Shown here: piece by piece, positions 55,085-64,000 of the stretch
Layout of the letters: every line of letters begins with the position of its first letter
How positions within the stretch are numbered: the first letter of the stretch is position 1
Assembly: GCA_043732185.1 (NCBI GenBank)
Contig: JAYTHY010000036.1
Location: 1-64,000, forward strand
DNA length: 64,000 nucleotides
Direction: 5' to 3'
From: Fibrobacteria bacterium
Lineage (GTDB): Bacteria; Fibrobacterota; Fibrobacteria; UBA11236
Made by a program: the position numbers and the translations under genes
The notes under the pieces: model-generated
Seen by the model: the letters and a program-made list of their open reading frames with translations, nothing else
Databases searched by the model: none
What the model was told of the DNA's origin: nothing

Positions 55085-55810
55085 ATGACAAGAATCGACG
55101 GCAGGAAAACGGATCAATTGCGCCCAATCAAAATTACGGAGGACTTTGTTTCCACGGCGGAGGCATCGTACTTGATTGAAGTGGGTAAGACGCGTATTCT
55201 GTGCTGCGCCAGTTTGGAAGAAGAGGTCCCCCGCTGGATGAAAGGCAAAGGCAAAGGTTGGGTTACAGCAGAATACAATTTGCTGCCGCGCAGCACGTCC
55301 TCGCGTGTCAAGCGCGAGCGCGCCGGAGCGTCTGGTCGCACTCAGGAGATCCAGCGCCTAATTGGCCGAGCCTTGCGTGGTGTATGCAATTTGGATGCTT
55401 TGGGTGAACGCAATTACATCGTGGATTGCGATGTGATCGAGGCGGATGGCGGGACGCGGACTGCATCCATCGTTGGCGGCTTCATGGCTTTGGCTCGGGC
55501 CTTACAAAGGCTGAAGGCGACACAGCCGGCTTTGACCAAACCTGTCCTTAAACATTTCGTTTCAGCAGTTAGCGTGGGCATTGTGGAGGGAATCCCGATG
55601 CTGGATCTCTGTTATACGGAAGATTCGGAAGCTGAAGTCGACATGAATGTTGTCCGTACCGATTCTGGACATTTCGTGGAAATTCAAGGTACGGGCGAAG
55701 AAGCCGTGTACTCACGTATGCAGCTGAACGACATGCTGGACCTGGCTGAAAAAGGCTGCAGCGAATTACTTACGTTGCAGAAAAAATTCCTGGGAACCGT
55801 CTTGCCGTAA
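55085..55810 (+). CDS. rph: Ribonuclease PH
   Basis: RIDGR...LRP, GWVTAEYNLLP, SGRTQEIQRLIGR, ADGGTRTA, DMNVV and EIQGTGE motifs. Confidence 0.97.
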   Translation: MTRIDGRKTDQLRPIKITEDFVSTAEASYLIEVGKTRILCCASLEEEVPRWMKGKGKGWVTAEYNLLPRSTSSRVKRERAGASGRTQEIQRLIGRALRGVCNLDALGERNYIVDCDVIEADGGTRTASIVGGFMALARALQRLKATQPALTKPVLKHFVSAVSVGIVEGIPMLDLCYTEDSEAEVDMNVVRTDSGHFVEIQGTGEEAVYSRMQLNDMLDLAEKGCSELLTLQKKFLGTVLP

Positions 55811-55966
55811 TTCATGACTTCCTACTGGATGGGTTTGCGAAGGCAGCTGCTGGAATGCAGCTCCTAGATGCGGGTATTCTACCTGCTTTTGGGCTTTTTG
55901 ATGGATATGCCCACTCTTTCAAAAACGGACCTGGCAAAACTCTAAAGCACAGCCTATAATTGGGGC

Positions 55967-56551
55967 ATGGCTGAAAAAACGAATTCCAAATTTAAACGAC
56001 GGCCGATACGCAATTTTATCATTCTGCCGGAATTCCAATGGCCCTATATCATCAGGCTCTTGGCTGTCGTAAACCTTACGGGTGTGCTCATGGCCACCAC
56101 CATTTGCACGTTGTTCTTTTATCGTTACCATGCCAGCCCCGTTGGAGACGCGGCGGGAACGGACATGATCAGTGCTAATCTTATGTCTATTCTAGTTGAA
56201 GAAAATTTGATGGACGTGGTCATTCCAGCCTTTGTGATCGCCGACGTGGTTTCCTTGGCGCTGGGGTTGTGGTTGAGCCTATATTTTTCCCGCAAGATTT
56301 CCGTGCCCATTTTCCGAATCAAGAAATGGGCGCAAGTGGTCGCCAGCGGGGATATGACTTTCCGATTGAAATTCCGCCCCGGTGATGACTTACAATCTCT
56401 AGAAACCGCCTGCAATTTGGTGAGCGAATCCTATTGCCAAGTCATCGAAGATTTAAAGAATCAGCTTCGGGAGGCCAAACTATCGGAGAGTTCCGACCGG
56501 ACCACCGGCGAGAGTGCTATTAAAACGCGAACGCTGAAATCTCTTCCCTAA
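55967..56551 (+). CDS. Two-TM membrane protein with HAMP domain and no output domain
   Basis: KRRPIRNFII..EFQ N-terminus, two TMs, HAMP (SRKISVPIFRI...GDMT...RPGDDL); 3' end overlaps recD2 by 32 nt. Confidence 0.75.
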   Translation: MAEKTNSKFKRRPIRNFIILPEFQWPYIIRLLAVVNLTGVLMATTICTLFFYRYHASPVGDAAGTDMISANLMSILVEENLMDVVIPAFVIADVVSLALGLWLSLYFSRKISVPIFRIKKWAQVVASGDMTFRLKFRPGDDLQSLETACNLVSESYCQVIEDLKNQLREAKLSESSDRTTGESAIKTRTLKSLP

Positions 56552-58676
56552 GGCTTTCAGCCAACAGGGTATTGCGATTAACCACAGGATTGTTTTCCAC
56601 GGCTTTTCGCACGGCGCTGCCGTCGCCAACCAGAAAAAGCCGTTCCCGGGCCCGGGTAATGCCTGTATACAACAGGTTTCGTTGTAGCATGACCCAATGG
56701 GCTTTAGCCATCAGCATAACCACCACCTTGTATTCGCTACCCTGGCTCTTGTGGATAGAAATGGCATAAGCCAAAGTCAGCTCTTGTAATTCCTCCCCTT
56801 CGTAAACCGTGGTGTCGCCTTCAAAGTCCACAGTAACGGTTCGGCTGGAGCGGGAAACGGCAGATACGAATCCGATGTCGCCATTGAAAACATTCTTGTC
56901 GTAATTGTTGCGGAGTTGCATGACCTTATCATTGACCCGGTAGGTTCTTTCCTTGTACTCCAACCCATCCGTTCTGGGATTGAGGCGGGCTTGCAGGGCA
57001 GTGTTCAGCGCCAAGGTTCCCAATGGGCCTTGGTTCATGGGAGTCAATACTTGCACGTCCATTATAGGGTGGTAGGCGTAAAGCTGAGGCAATTCTTGTT
57101 CGACCAGATCGGCTACCAAAGCCGGGCCATCGGCTTCAGCGGGTATGGGGATGAAATGGAAATTACCCGTAGTCCTTGAGGTAACGGGTGGGATACCCTG
57201 ATGGATACGGTGGGCGTTGGCGACTATTCTGGATTCCTCGGCCTGCCGGAAGATGCGGTCGAGGTGGAGATGGTGCATGACTCCGGAACGGATGAATTCG
57301 GCCAATACCTTACCTGGCCCCACGGAGGGCAACTGATCGGGGTCGCCGATAAGCATGATGCGCGTGCCGGGTTTTACGGCTTTGAGCAGCGAGTACATGA
57401 GCACGGTGTCGATCATGGAGACTTCATCCACCACAAGCACGTCCGTATCCAGGGGAGAGAGATCATCATGGGTGAATTTCCGATTGGCCGGATCAAATTT
57501 CAGCATTCGATGTATGGTGGCGGCGGCGTGTCCTGTGACTTCTGACAATCGCTTGGCTGCGCGGCCGGTCGGGGCCGCCAATTTTACCTTTAAGCCGGCT
57601 CTCTGGTAGACTTGCAGAATACCAAGGACGGTGGTGGTCTTGCCGGTTCCCGGTCCTCCAGTCAACAGGAACAAACCGCAGTCAACGGCTTTTCGGATCC
57701 CTTCGCGCTGTTGTTCGCTATACGCGAAGTCTTTTCCACAAGCAGCTTCCGCCACCTGTATGGCTTCGGCGATAATGGATTTAGGAATGCGTGACGGCGT
57801 GAAATGCAGCAATGCCGCGCGTTTGGCAATGCCGCGTTCGCTGTGGAAAAGATAGGGTAGGTAGTAGCGGTTTTCGCCGTCATGTCGAACCTGATCCGAA
57901 TCGGTCATTCCGTCCAAGGTAAACACGATTTTTTCTGGAGTGCATTGTAACAGGGATTGGGCCTTCATCAGGAGATCGTCGCGACCTTGAAAGACATGCC
58001 CCGCTTCCGCGGATTTCCCCAGAGCATAGGCCAGTCCTGCTTTGATACGAGCATACGAATCGATTTCAAATCCCAGCTTGCGGGCGATATCATCTGCCTT
58101 CAGAAAACCGACCCCCCAAACTTCGTCGGCCAATTGATACGGGTTGCTTTTAATGACGGCGGCAGCTTGATCCCCGTAATGTTGGTACAGTCGAGTACTC
58201 ATATTCAAACTCAGGTGATGGGATTGGAGGAAGTACATGACCTCGCGCATGCTTTTATTGTCGCGCCAGACGGTAAGCAAGGACGCCAGAGACTTGCCTT
58301 TGAGTTTTGGCACTTCTTTCAAGCGATCGGGATGATGATCGAGAATCTCAAATGTTTCGAGTCCAAACCGGTCTACTAAGCGCTTGGCCAAGGCGGGTCC
58401 CACGCCCTTGAGAATGCCGCCTCCCAAATATCTTTCCATGGCTTCGACACTGTCTGGAGCCAGCAACTTGTAACCGGTGGCTTTAAATTGCTCACCAAAG
58501 GTTTCGTGTTTGGTCCATTCCCCTTCCAGGTCCAGCGTTTCGCCTAAGCTGAGTTTTGGGAATATACCGACGGCGGTAAATATTTTTTTTGAACCGGCTT
58601 CCATCAATCGTAAAACCGAATACCCGTTGTCGGGATTGTGAAACGTGATGGTTTTAACGATGGCTTTTTGGAACAA
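56520..58676 (-). CDS. recD2: ATP-dependent RecD2-like DNA helicase
   Basis: FHNPDNGYSV N-domain, HhH motifs, GGPGTGKTT, VDEVSM, GDPDQLPSVGPG and AYAISIHKSQGSE. Confidence 0.95.
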   Translation of the reverse strand: MFQKAIVKTITFHNPDNGYSVLRLMEAGSKKIFTAVGIFPKLSLGETLDLEGEWTKHETFGEQFKATGYKLLAPDSVEAMERYLGGGILKGVGPALAKRLVDRFGLETFEILDHHPDRLKEVPKLKGKSLASLLTVWRDNKSMREVMYFLQSHHLSLNMSTRLYQHYGDQAAAVIKSNPYQLADEVWGVGFLKADDIARKLGFEIDSYARIKAGLAYALGKSAEAGHVFQGRDDLLMKAQSLLQCTPEKIVFTLDGMTDSDQVRHDGENRYYLPYLFHSERGIAKRAALLHFTPSRIPKSIIAEAIQVAEAACGKDFAYSEQQREGIRKAVDCGLFLLTGGPGTGKTTTVLGILQVYQRAGLKVKLAAPTGRAAKRLSEVTGHAAATIHRMLKFDPANRKFTHDDLSPLDTDVLVVDEVSMIDTVLMYSLLKAVKPGTRIMLIGDPDQLPSVGPGKVLAEFIRSGVMHHLHLDRIFRQAEESRIVANAHRIHQGIPPVTSRTTGNFHFIPIPAEADGPALVADLVEQELPQLYAYHPIMDVQVLTPMNQGPLGTLALNTALQARLNPRTDGLEYKERTYRVNDKVMQLRNNYDKNVFNGDIGFVSAVSRSSRTVTVDFEGDTTVYEGEELQELTLAYAISIHKSQGSEYKVVVMLMAKAHWVMLQRNLLYTGITRARERLFLVGDGSAVRKAVENNPVVNRNTLLAESLREEISAFAF

Positions 58677-58751
58677 GGTTTGGTTGCCCCTAAATGAGAA
58701 AAGGGCTTGGTAGCCCCTTCCCTTTCAATCGAATTTAGAAATTGCGAGCAC

Positions 58752-58779
58752 GGCTCGGTCGGGCATTCAGCCCGAGCCT
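58752..58779 (-). terminator. Hairpin downstream of the small ribosomal protein gene
   Basis: GGCTCGG...CCGAGCC outer arms with an inner GGGC/GCCC stem, right after the stop codon. Confidence 0.45.
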
Positions 58780-58875
58780 TTAGGCCAGCTTCTTCTTATG
58801 ACGGTTCAGACGACGGCGTTTCTTACGCTTGTGAGTCGCCATCTTCTTCCGTTTTCGTTTCTTACCGCAAGGCAT
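58780..58875 (-). CDS. 31-aa basic small ribosomal protein, bS22/mS38 (COX24/AURKAIP1, DUF1713)-like
   Basis: Hand translation MPCGKKRKRKKMATHKRKKRRRLNRHKKKLA*; GAGGT RBS upstream; below the ORF-track size cutoff. Confidence 0.88.
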   Translation of the reverse strand: MPCGKKRKRKKMATHKRKKRRRLNRHKKKLA

Positions 58876-58993
58876 GCGTACCTCTGATTTTAAGGCCTAC
58901 AAAGCTCGTAAATAATATCTGAACTGTCAATTTAATGGCTCAAGCGCGGGGATTTAATGGCTGTCGGATGGAGTCGCAATGACCTATTCCAGC

Positions 58994-60421
58994 TTAGCGT
59001 GGAGGCTCCATGCGCAGTTTTAGACCCTGTAGGAGACTTTCAGCAAATTCCGCAAGGGCTGGGTCGCGCGCGCCCATGGATACGATCCAGTCGCCTGGAC
59101 GGGCTTCTGCAACCACCGACGCAAGGACTTCAGCCTTGGTCGGGAAGAATCGGCCAATTGGGGGCCTGGATTCCGGATCCTCTGAATTGATCCAACGGAT
59201 CAAATCCGCCGACGAAATGCTTTTATCGGCAGTGCCACCGGCGTAATAGATTTCAGGCATAAAGATGCGGTCCTGGGAATCGAGAACCGAGAGAATATTC
59301 TGCACCAAATCCTTGCCGAATAGTTTCATGGGAGCGAAACCATGGGGATGGAATATCGCCAATATTCGGCGTCTGGAGCCATCGGCTGCGGCCTTAACCG
59401 TTTCCAGACAAGCCTTGACTTTGGAGGGATTGTGGGCAAAATCATCCACAACTGTTACGCCTTTTACAATTCCAATTTTTACGTGACGGCGTTCCACGCC
59501 TTGATACTTGTTAAGGCCTTTGGCGCAATTAAAAAGCGAAATTCCCAGTGCGCGTCCCACCGTAATGGCAGCCATGGCATTGGCAAGATTATGCCGGCCC
59601 GGTACACGAATCTCAAAAGCCACGCCTGCCAGGTTAAAATGCGTATCCCAATCGCCGAGCTTTAAATTTTCCACCCTGCCCTCGGGCATGGCATCCGGGA
59701 AAAAGACAATATCCTGTTTCCGTTTTAGTGACATGCAGAGCGGATCCGCACCATTTAAAATCACTTGGCCTAGGGTTTGATCGCGAAACTGGTTAAACAA
59801 GGGCATGAGTTCGGTGATTTCCTTGTGGTCTTTTTCCACATTCAGAATGACGCCGACCTCGGGGCAATACTGGACTAGGCTTCCATCGCTTTCATCCGCT
59901 TCCATCACCAACCAATCCGGTGCTTCCGTGGAGGCGGCCTTCACACCTGCTTTTGCATTGCCTAGAAGCCCCTCCGCTTGCAACGAAATAAGATTTGCCC
60001 CGGTAATGAGCGAAGGATTAAGCCCTCCGGCTTCCAGAATATGATAGGTCATGCCTGTAACGGTGGATTTACCTGAGGTGCCGGAAATGGCAATGGTATT
60101 TCTCAGACGCGCCAACTCAGCCAAAAGCTCGGATCGATGGATGACGGGAATACCCAATGCCCTGGCTTTTTGAACCTCAGGATTTTGATTCTCAATGGCC
60201 GTGGAAACAATCAGGCAGGAGCATCCCTGCAGGCTAGAACCATCCTGGGGATGGAGGTGAATGCCAATACGCTGGAAATAGGACCGCTTCTGGGTCTCAG
60301 CACCTTTATCAAAACTGCGATCGGAACCGGAAACTTTAGCGCCTTGGAAGACTAGGAATTGCGCCAGAGCGCTCATGCCCGTGCCCGCAATGCCGGAGAA
60401 AAAAGGCCTAGAAAGATCCAC
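58994..60421 (-). CDS. Mur ligase, MurC/Mpl-like
   Basis: GIAGTGMSALA, SGTSGKSTVT, EADESDGS, PGRHN and DDFAHNP motifs. It is not in a dcw cluster, so MurC versus a recycling ligase is unresolved. Confidence 0.85.
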   Translation of the reverse strand: MDLSRPFFSGIAGTGMSALAQFLVFQGAKVSGSDRSFDKGAETQKRSYFQRIGIHLHPQDGSSLQGCSCLIVSTAIENQNPEVQKARALGIPVIHRSELLAELARLRNTIAISGTSGKSTVTGMTYHILEAGGLNPSLITGANLISLQAEGLLGNAKAGVKAASTEAPDWLVMEADESDGSLVQYCPEVGVILNVEKDHKEITELMPLFNQFRDQTLGQVILNGADPLCMSLKRKQDIVFFPDAMPEGRVENLKLGDWDTHFNLAGVAFEIRVPGRHNLANAMAAITVGRALGISLFNCAKGLNKYQGVERRHVKIGIVKGVTVVDDFAHNPSKVKACLETVKAAADGSRRRILAIFHPHGFAPMKLFGKDLVQNILSVLDSQDRIFMPEIYYAGGTADKSISSADLIRWINSEDPESRPPIGRFFPTKAEVLASVVAEARPGDWIVSMGARDPALAEFAESLLQGLKLRMEPPR

Positions 60422-61381
60422 TTAGGACCTGAAACCGTCCTGGGAGGAGGAGCCGCCATCCGATCCGGGATTTTCGAGTATATCTTCAATCTCATTCATG
60501 ATCACATTATCGTCCCAAATGGTTTCGCCTTTGTTCAACATGAGACGCTGCTTGAGACATGTTTTGGCGACCTGAATGGCTTCTTTCACTTCTTCGTTTT
60601 TTTCCAAGGCTTCCAAGGTGTGGATGATTTCCGGAAGGCGGGCTACTGGCGCAAGGGAACCTAACGCAACGATGGCTTCATAGCGGATGTCTTGGCTAGA
60701 TGATTTGGTCAACTGTTGCAACCGTTCCAATGAGGCATGGAGACCAAGGCCCGCAGCGGAATGGATGGCTTCCAAGAGAACCGGTTCCGCTTCAGAATAC
60801 AGCTCTTCCAAAATTAAACGTTCAAATACGGCGTCTTTAATCAATCCCATGGCATACAAGGCGCTGACTTTGACGTAAGGGTTGGGCGCCTGATGATAAA
60901 AGCGCATCACGATGTGTCGAATTTCCGGCAAGTATCCAAGGTATCCCAGGGCTTCCAGCGCGCGACGCCTCACTTCCATGCTTTCCATTGGAGCATCGAC
61001 TTTGGTTACCAAGTATTCTCTCACATTTTCATAAAATTCGCGGAGAACAATGGCTGCTCCACCTCGGAACCCGGGCGGAGGAATGGCCTCAAATTCAAGT
61101 CCATCCTGAATGACGGCTCCCAGGCAACTGTTGGACATCGCCCGGATTTCTTCATCCACGAAATCATGGGCCATGCGAAAGATTTCCTGGAAAAGGCTTT
61201 CGTCGGAAACATAATTGGTGGCGGCCTGTAGAGCGGAAAGAATGATTTCCGGATCGGGTGAATGCAAATATTCTTTAAGCAGTTTGGTCACATCCACACC
61301 ATCGAAATCGCGATTTCCGATATCCTCGATGCGCTTCAGTATCTGGAGCTTTTCGTCAAGGGGGGAGGCGGGGTTTTCCAT
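60422..61381 (-). CDS. HEAT-repeat protein
   Basis: Repeated helical units (EVRRRALEALG, VKVSALYAMG, DIRYEAIVALG); stop directly abuts the Mur ligase GTG. Confidence 0.8.
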   Translation of the reverse strand: MENPASPLDEKLQILKRIEDIGNRDFDGVDVTKLLKEYLHSPDPEIILSALQAATNYVSDESLFQEIFRMAHDFVDEEIRAMSNSCLGAVIQDGLEFEAIPPPGFRGGAAIVLREFYENVREYLVTKVDAPMESMEVRRRALEALGYLGYLPEIRHIVMRFYHQAPNPYVKVSALYAMGLIKDAVFERLILEELYSEAEPVLLEAIHSAAGLGLHASLERLQQLTKSSSQDIRYEAIVALGSLAPVARLPEIIHTLEALEKNEEVKEAIQVAKTCLKQRLMLNKGETIWDDNVIMNEIEDILENPGSDGGSSSQDGFRS

Positions 61382-61479
61382 GGGTCAGAATTTAGGAAAA
61401 AATACGGTAAGCCTAAAGCATGGGCTTTTTACCCTAATTTTGTTTATTAACGCGAGTATTCTTTTCTGGAGCAGGCATC

Positions 61480-62178
61480 ATGCCAAAACCCGTTTTTTCC
61501 TGTTTACATGGCTTCCAAATTGGAACGTTGCTGATGGCAACCCTATTTTGCTTTGATATTTCAGTTTCCGGGGCCGGCCCAGTCTCTCCAGTGTCCAGTT
61601 CCACAACCGAAGCTCAAACGGCGCTTCGCAAGGCCATCGCCTTTCAAAGGGAGTCTAAGGATCTGGCTTTTAATTTCCTTGCATCCATCTATAATCCAAC
61701 CTTGGACAAAAAGGAAAATTACTCCGGAAAGCTACTGCTCAAGGATTCCACCAAGTTTCGTTTGGAGATCCCGGGCGGCACCTATGTTTCCGACGGAAAA
61801 AATTATTGGGAATACCACAGTCAAAATCATCAGGTGATTTTACGCAATGCTTCTGATTTAAAAGATCAGCCGCTACCGGGTGATGTCCTGCTGCGTTTTC
61901 TGGACTCCAAGCCCATGGCCTTGAAGAAGACGAGTATGCATGGTAAGGAATATTTGGAAATGCGGCTCGATCCCTCCCTGGCCATGAAAAATTTGGACAG
62001 TTTGGTTGTGATGCTCGACAAAGAAAACTTTTCCCTCTACCGCGTTTCAAGTCGCGATGTATCCGGCAATGAAGCGCAGTATACGGTTACCTCTTTAAAA
62101 AAGAATCGTGGAATCAACGACCGGGAATTCGTTTTTGTGAGTCCTAAAGGGTCCGAATTGGTCGACATGCGAGAATGA
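61480..62178 (+). CDS. lolA: Outer-membrane lipoprotein carrier protein LolA-like
   Basis: Signal peptide; SGKLLLK...KFRLE...VSDGKNYWEY...QVI; C-terminal FVFVSPKGSELVD. Confidence 0.8.
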   Translation: MPKPVFSCLHGFQIGTLLMATLFCFDISVSGAGPVSPVSSSTTEAQTALRKAIAFQRESKDLAFNFLASIYNPTLDKKENYSGKLLLKDSTKFRLEIPGGTYVSDGKNYWEYHSQNHQVILRNASDLKDQPLPGDVLLRFLDSKPMALKKTSMHGKEYLEMRLDPSLAMKNLDSLVVMLDKENFSLYRVSSRDVSGNEAQYTVTSLKKNRGINDREFVFVSPKGSELVDMRE

Positions 62179-62226
62179 AATTTGCACTTTTGAGGCTACA
62201 AGTAGCATGCACCGTGAGGAGAATCC

Positions 62227-62724
62227 GTGGGTAATGAAAATTCATTTGACATTGTTTGCAAAACCGATCCCGAAGAGCTTAGAAACGCGGTTCAAGCGAC
62301 GCAAAAAGAACTGAGTATCCGTTTCGATTTCAAAGGCAGCAAGGCTTCGATTGATCTAGATGCCAAAACATTCGAAGTGACACTGGTAGCGGATGACGAA
62401 TATAAAATCGGCCAATTGCGCGATATGTTCGAAAACAAATTGATCAAACGGGGATTGGGTCCCAAAACCGTGAAATACTCCGACCCGAAGCCGGGCGGCA
62501 AAATGACTGTGAGCCAGGTAGCCAAGTTCCAGTCGGGCATTGCCCAGGAAGATGCCAAAAAATTGGTCAAGCTCATCAAGGAATTGAAACTAAAAGTGCA
62601 AGTGGCCATTCAGGGGGAACAATTACGGGTAACCGGCAAGAGCAAAGATGATCTGCAGGATGCCATGGCCGCCGTAAGAGGGGCAAATCTGGAATTCGAA
62701 TGCCAGTTTGTGAATTTTCGGTGA
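62227..62724 (+). CDS. yajQ: YajQ family nucleotide/c-di-GMP-binding protein
   Basis: SFDIV, RFDFKGS, IQGEQLRVTGKSKDDLQ and QFVNFR motifs. Confidence 0.95.
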   Translation: MGNENSFDIVCKTDPEELRNAVQATQKELSIRFDFKGSKASIDLDAKTFEVTLVADDEYKIGQLRDMFENKLIKRGLGPKTVKYSDPKPGGKMTVSQVAKFQSGIAQEDAKKLVKLIKELKLKVQVAIQGEQLRVTGKSKDDLQDAMAAVRGANLEFECQFVNFR

Positions 62725-62727
62725 GCG

Positions 62728-64000
62728 ATGTGCATGCATAGCGATTTAAAATATTTGGTTTCGGTAACATTCAGTCTCGTTGTGGTATTGACGGGTGGAG
62801 TTTTTGGGCAAACCGATCCGCTAGTTTCAAAATCGATTCCTTTCCTATTTGCGGATCAGGATCATCTTTGGGCCATTGGCGCGGATGGATTGCACTATAG
62901 CCTCATCGATCCTTTTCCCGTGACCGCTACACTCAAAAATGGAACCTTGCCCTTCCACGGGCCAGTCCGCGGCGGAGTGGGCCGTTCTACTTCACTTCTG
63001 CTTTTCCAAAATTTTTTAAAGTCCGATAGCGTAACCGTAGCTTTTATTGGAGCGATGAATCAGGATGGCAAGACCAACCTTGATTCCTTGATATTCCTAC
63101 GGTCCAAATTGCACAACAACCTGATAACCCTGGGCGTGGAGTTTTCCGCACTGGCATTGAGAGCGGACACTTTGATTCTCGGTGGCGGACGGGCAGGGTT
63201 TGCCCTCATAAAATTGCGCACCGAAGGGCAAGGTTTGCTGCCTGCGGATAGTTTAGGATTCCGCGCTCTGGCGGATGGAGTGGATACGACGGTTGCGTCG
63301 TTGCGCTGTGCGCCTAATAAAAGCTGCGCTGTGGATGGTCTGGATGCGGTTACCAAGGTCGGTGAACCGGATTCGATATCGGCTTTAGCCGTGGACTCTT
63401 CGGCAATCGACAGCATCTGGCTTTTGATCGGCACCCAGACAGGCCTACGCCGAGGTTTGGTCGGTGGCAATGCTTTCCCCGCAGTTACGCTGCCTACCGA
63501 TAAGCCGGGCACCAAACTCCGCATCGAAAGCATTCACACGGATCCGGTCCATGGAATCCTATGGGTCTTTTCCGGTTCGGAATATTTTTTCAGTAAGGAT
63601 CATGGCCGTACTTTTTATAAACCGCCCAGCATTTCAGGTATCGCGACCAAAGCCACCGACCTGACGGGATTTAATCCGGCCCCACAGGCTGTCAATTTGG
63701 ATGACACTACCTTCATCAACTTCAACTTGGATAGGCCAGGATTGGTTCTTTTCCGTAAAGACAGTTTGACGGCCAATGCCGGATCAGGGGATTTCAGGGA
63801 TGTGGTTTATGATCAGGAAGATGGACTTTCCATTATTCGTGGAGAAGGCAAACTCACGGCACTGGCTACCGCACGTAACGGAGGTGTAACGGTCCTGGCT
63901 GTAGGCACAAGTTCCAAGGGCCTCTTTTTGCGTAAGACCGGAGCTGGGCAGGCAGGTGTTTGGACCAATATGAACAGTCTTAAACGCGTAAAGAGCGGAC
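62728..64000 (+). CDS. Secreted beta-propeller-like protein, truncated by the window end
   Basis: Hand translation shows frame +1 open from ATG 62728 to base 64000. Signal peptide (YLVSVTFSLVVVLTGGVFG|Q), Asp-box FSKDHGRTF, blade-like motifs LLIGTQTGL and LAVGTSSKGLF. Missing from the ORF track. Confidence 0.8.
   Translation, partial: MCMHSDLKYLVSVTFSLVVVLTGGVFGQTDPLVSKSIPFLFADQDHLWAIGADGLHYSLIDPFPVTATLKNGTLPFHGPVRGGVGRSTSLLLFQNFLKSDSVTVAFIGAMNQDGKTNLDSLIFLRSKLHNNLITLGVEFSALALRADTLILGGGRAGFALIKLRTEGQGLLPADSLGFRALADGVDTTVASLRCAPNKSCAVDGLDAVTKVGEPDSISALAVDSSAIDSIWLLIGTQTGLRRGLVGGNAFPAVTLPTDKPGTKLRIESIHTDPVHGILWVFSGSEYFFSKDHGRTFYKPPSISGIATKATDLTGFNPAPQAVNLDDTTFINFNLDRPGLVLFRKDSLTANAGSGDFRDVVYDQEDGLSIIRGEGKLTALATARNGGVTVLAVGTSSKGLFLRKTGAGQAGVWTNMNSLKRVKSG

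Noticed and set aside
58690..58960. Structured intergenic region first suspected to be tmRNA or another ncRNA; + strand ORF 58707..58922
   Set aside because: No tRNA-like ends; explained by the 31-aa - strand gene and its hairpin. The + ORF is its shadow.
63060..63533. 157-aa - strand ORF
   Set aside because: Shadow of the long + strand beta-propeller gene.

Overview
A bacterial chromosomal window, probably from an FCB-group organism and most likely an environmental Fibrobacterota. The taxonomy is inferred from short T9SS-like C-terminal tails, an MPCGKKRK-type small ribosomal protein and gene content. The first ~20 kb is an accessory conflict/defence region with five parts: (i) a + strand polymorphic toxin/immunity-like array with a start-less orphan C-terminal module and two diverging TPR paralogues; (ii) a convergent four-gene - strand operon encoding an Ig/transthyretin-like adaptor, a signal-less protein with a split OmpA domain, a PG-binding domain and an HExxH protease-like tip, and two homologous immunity-like proteins (one cytoplasmic, one exported), which is the best candidate for an undescribed secreted-effector system; (iii) a deletion-collapsed hipBST-like locus retaining operator palindromes; (iv) an HI1419/HI1420-type toxin-antitoxin pair directly upstream of an intact Wadjet type I (jetABCD); (v) cydAB and a chimeric ISL3/DUF4143 relic. 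The remainder is mostly housekeeping: trhO, an amino-sugar utilisation locus, hemH, dnaE (degenerate PHP site, directly downstream of a Helicase_C_3/WYL-like gene), argCBD-argG-ispDF, fliK-like, truA, degP, gatA, pheA, rph, recD2, murC-like, lolA and yajQ. Two genes absent from the ORF track were found: a 31-aa bS22/COX24-like ribosomal protein and a secreted beta-propeller protein running off the right end. No rRNA, tRNA or CRISPR array was seen. All family calls come from reading motifs by eye; no searches were run.
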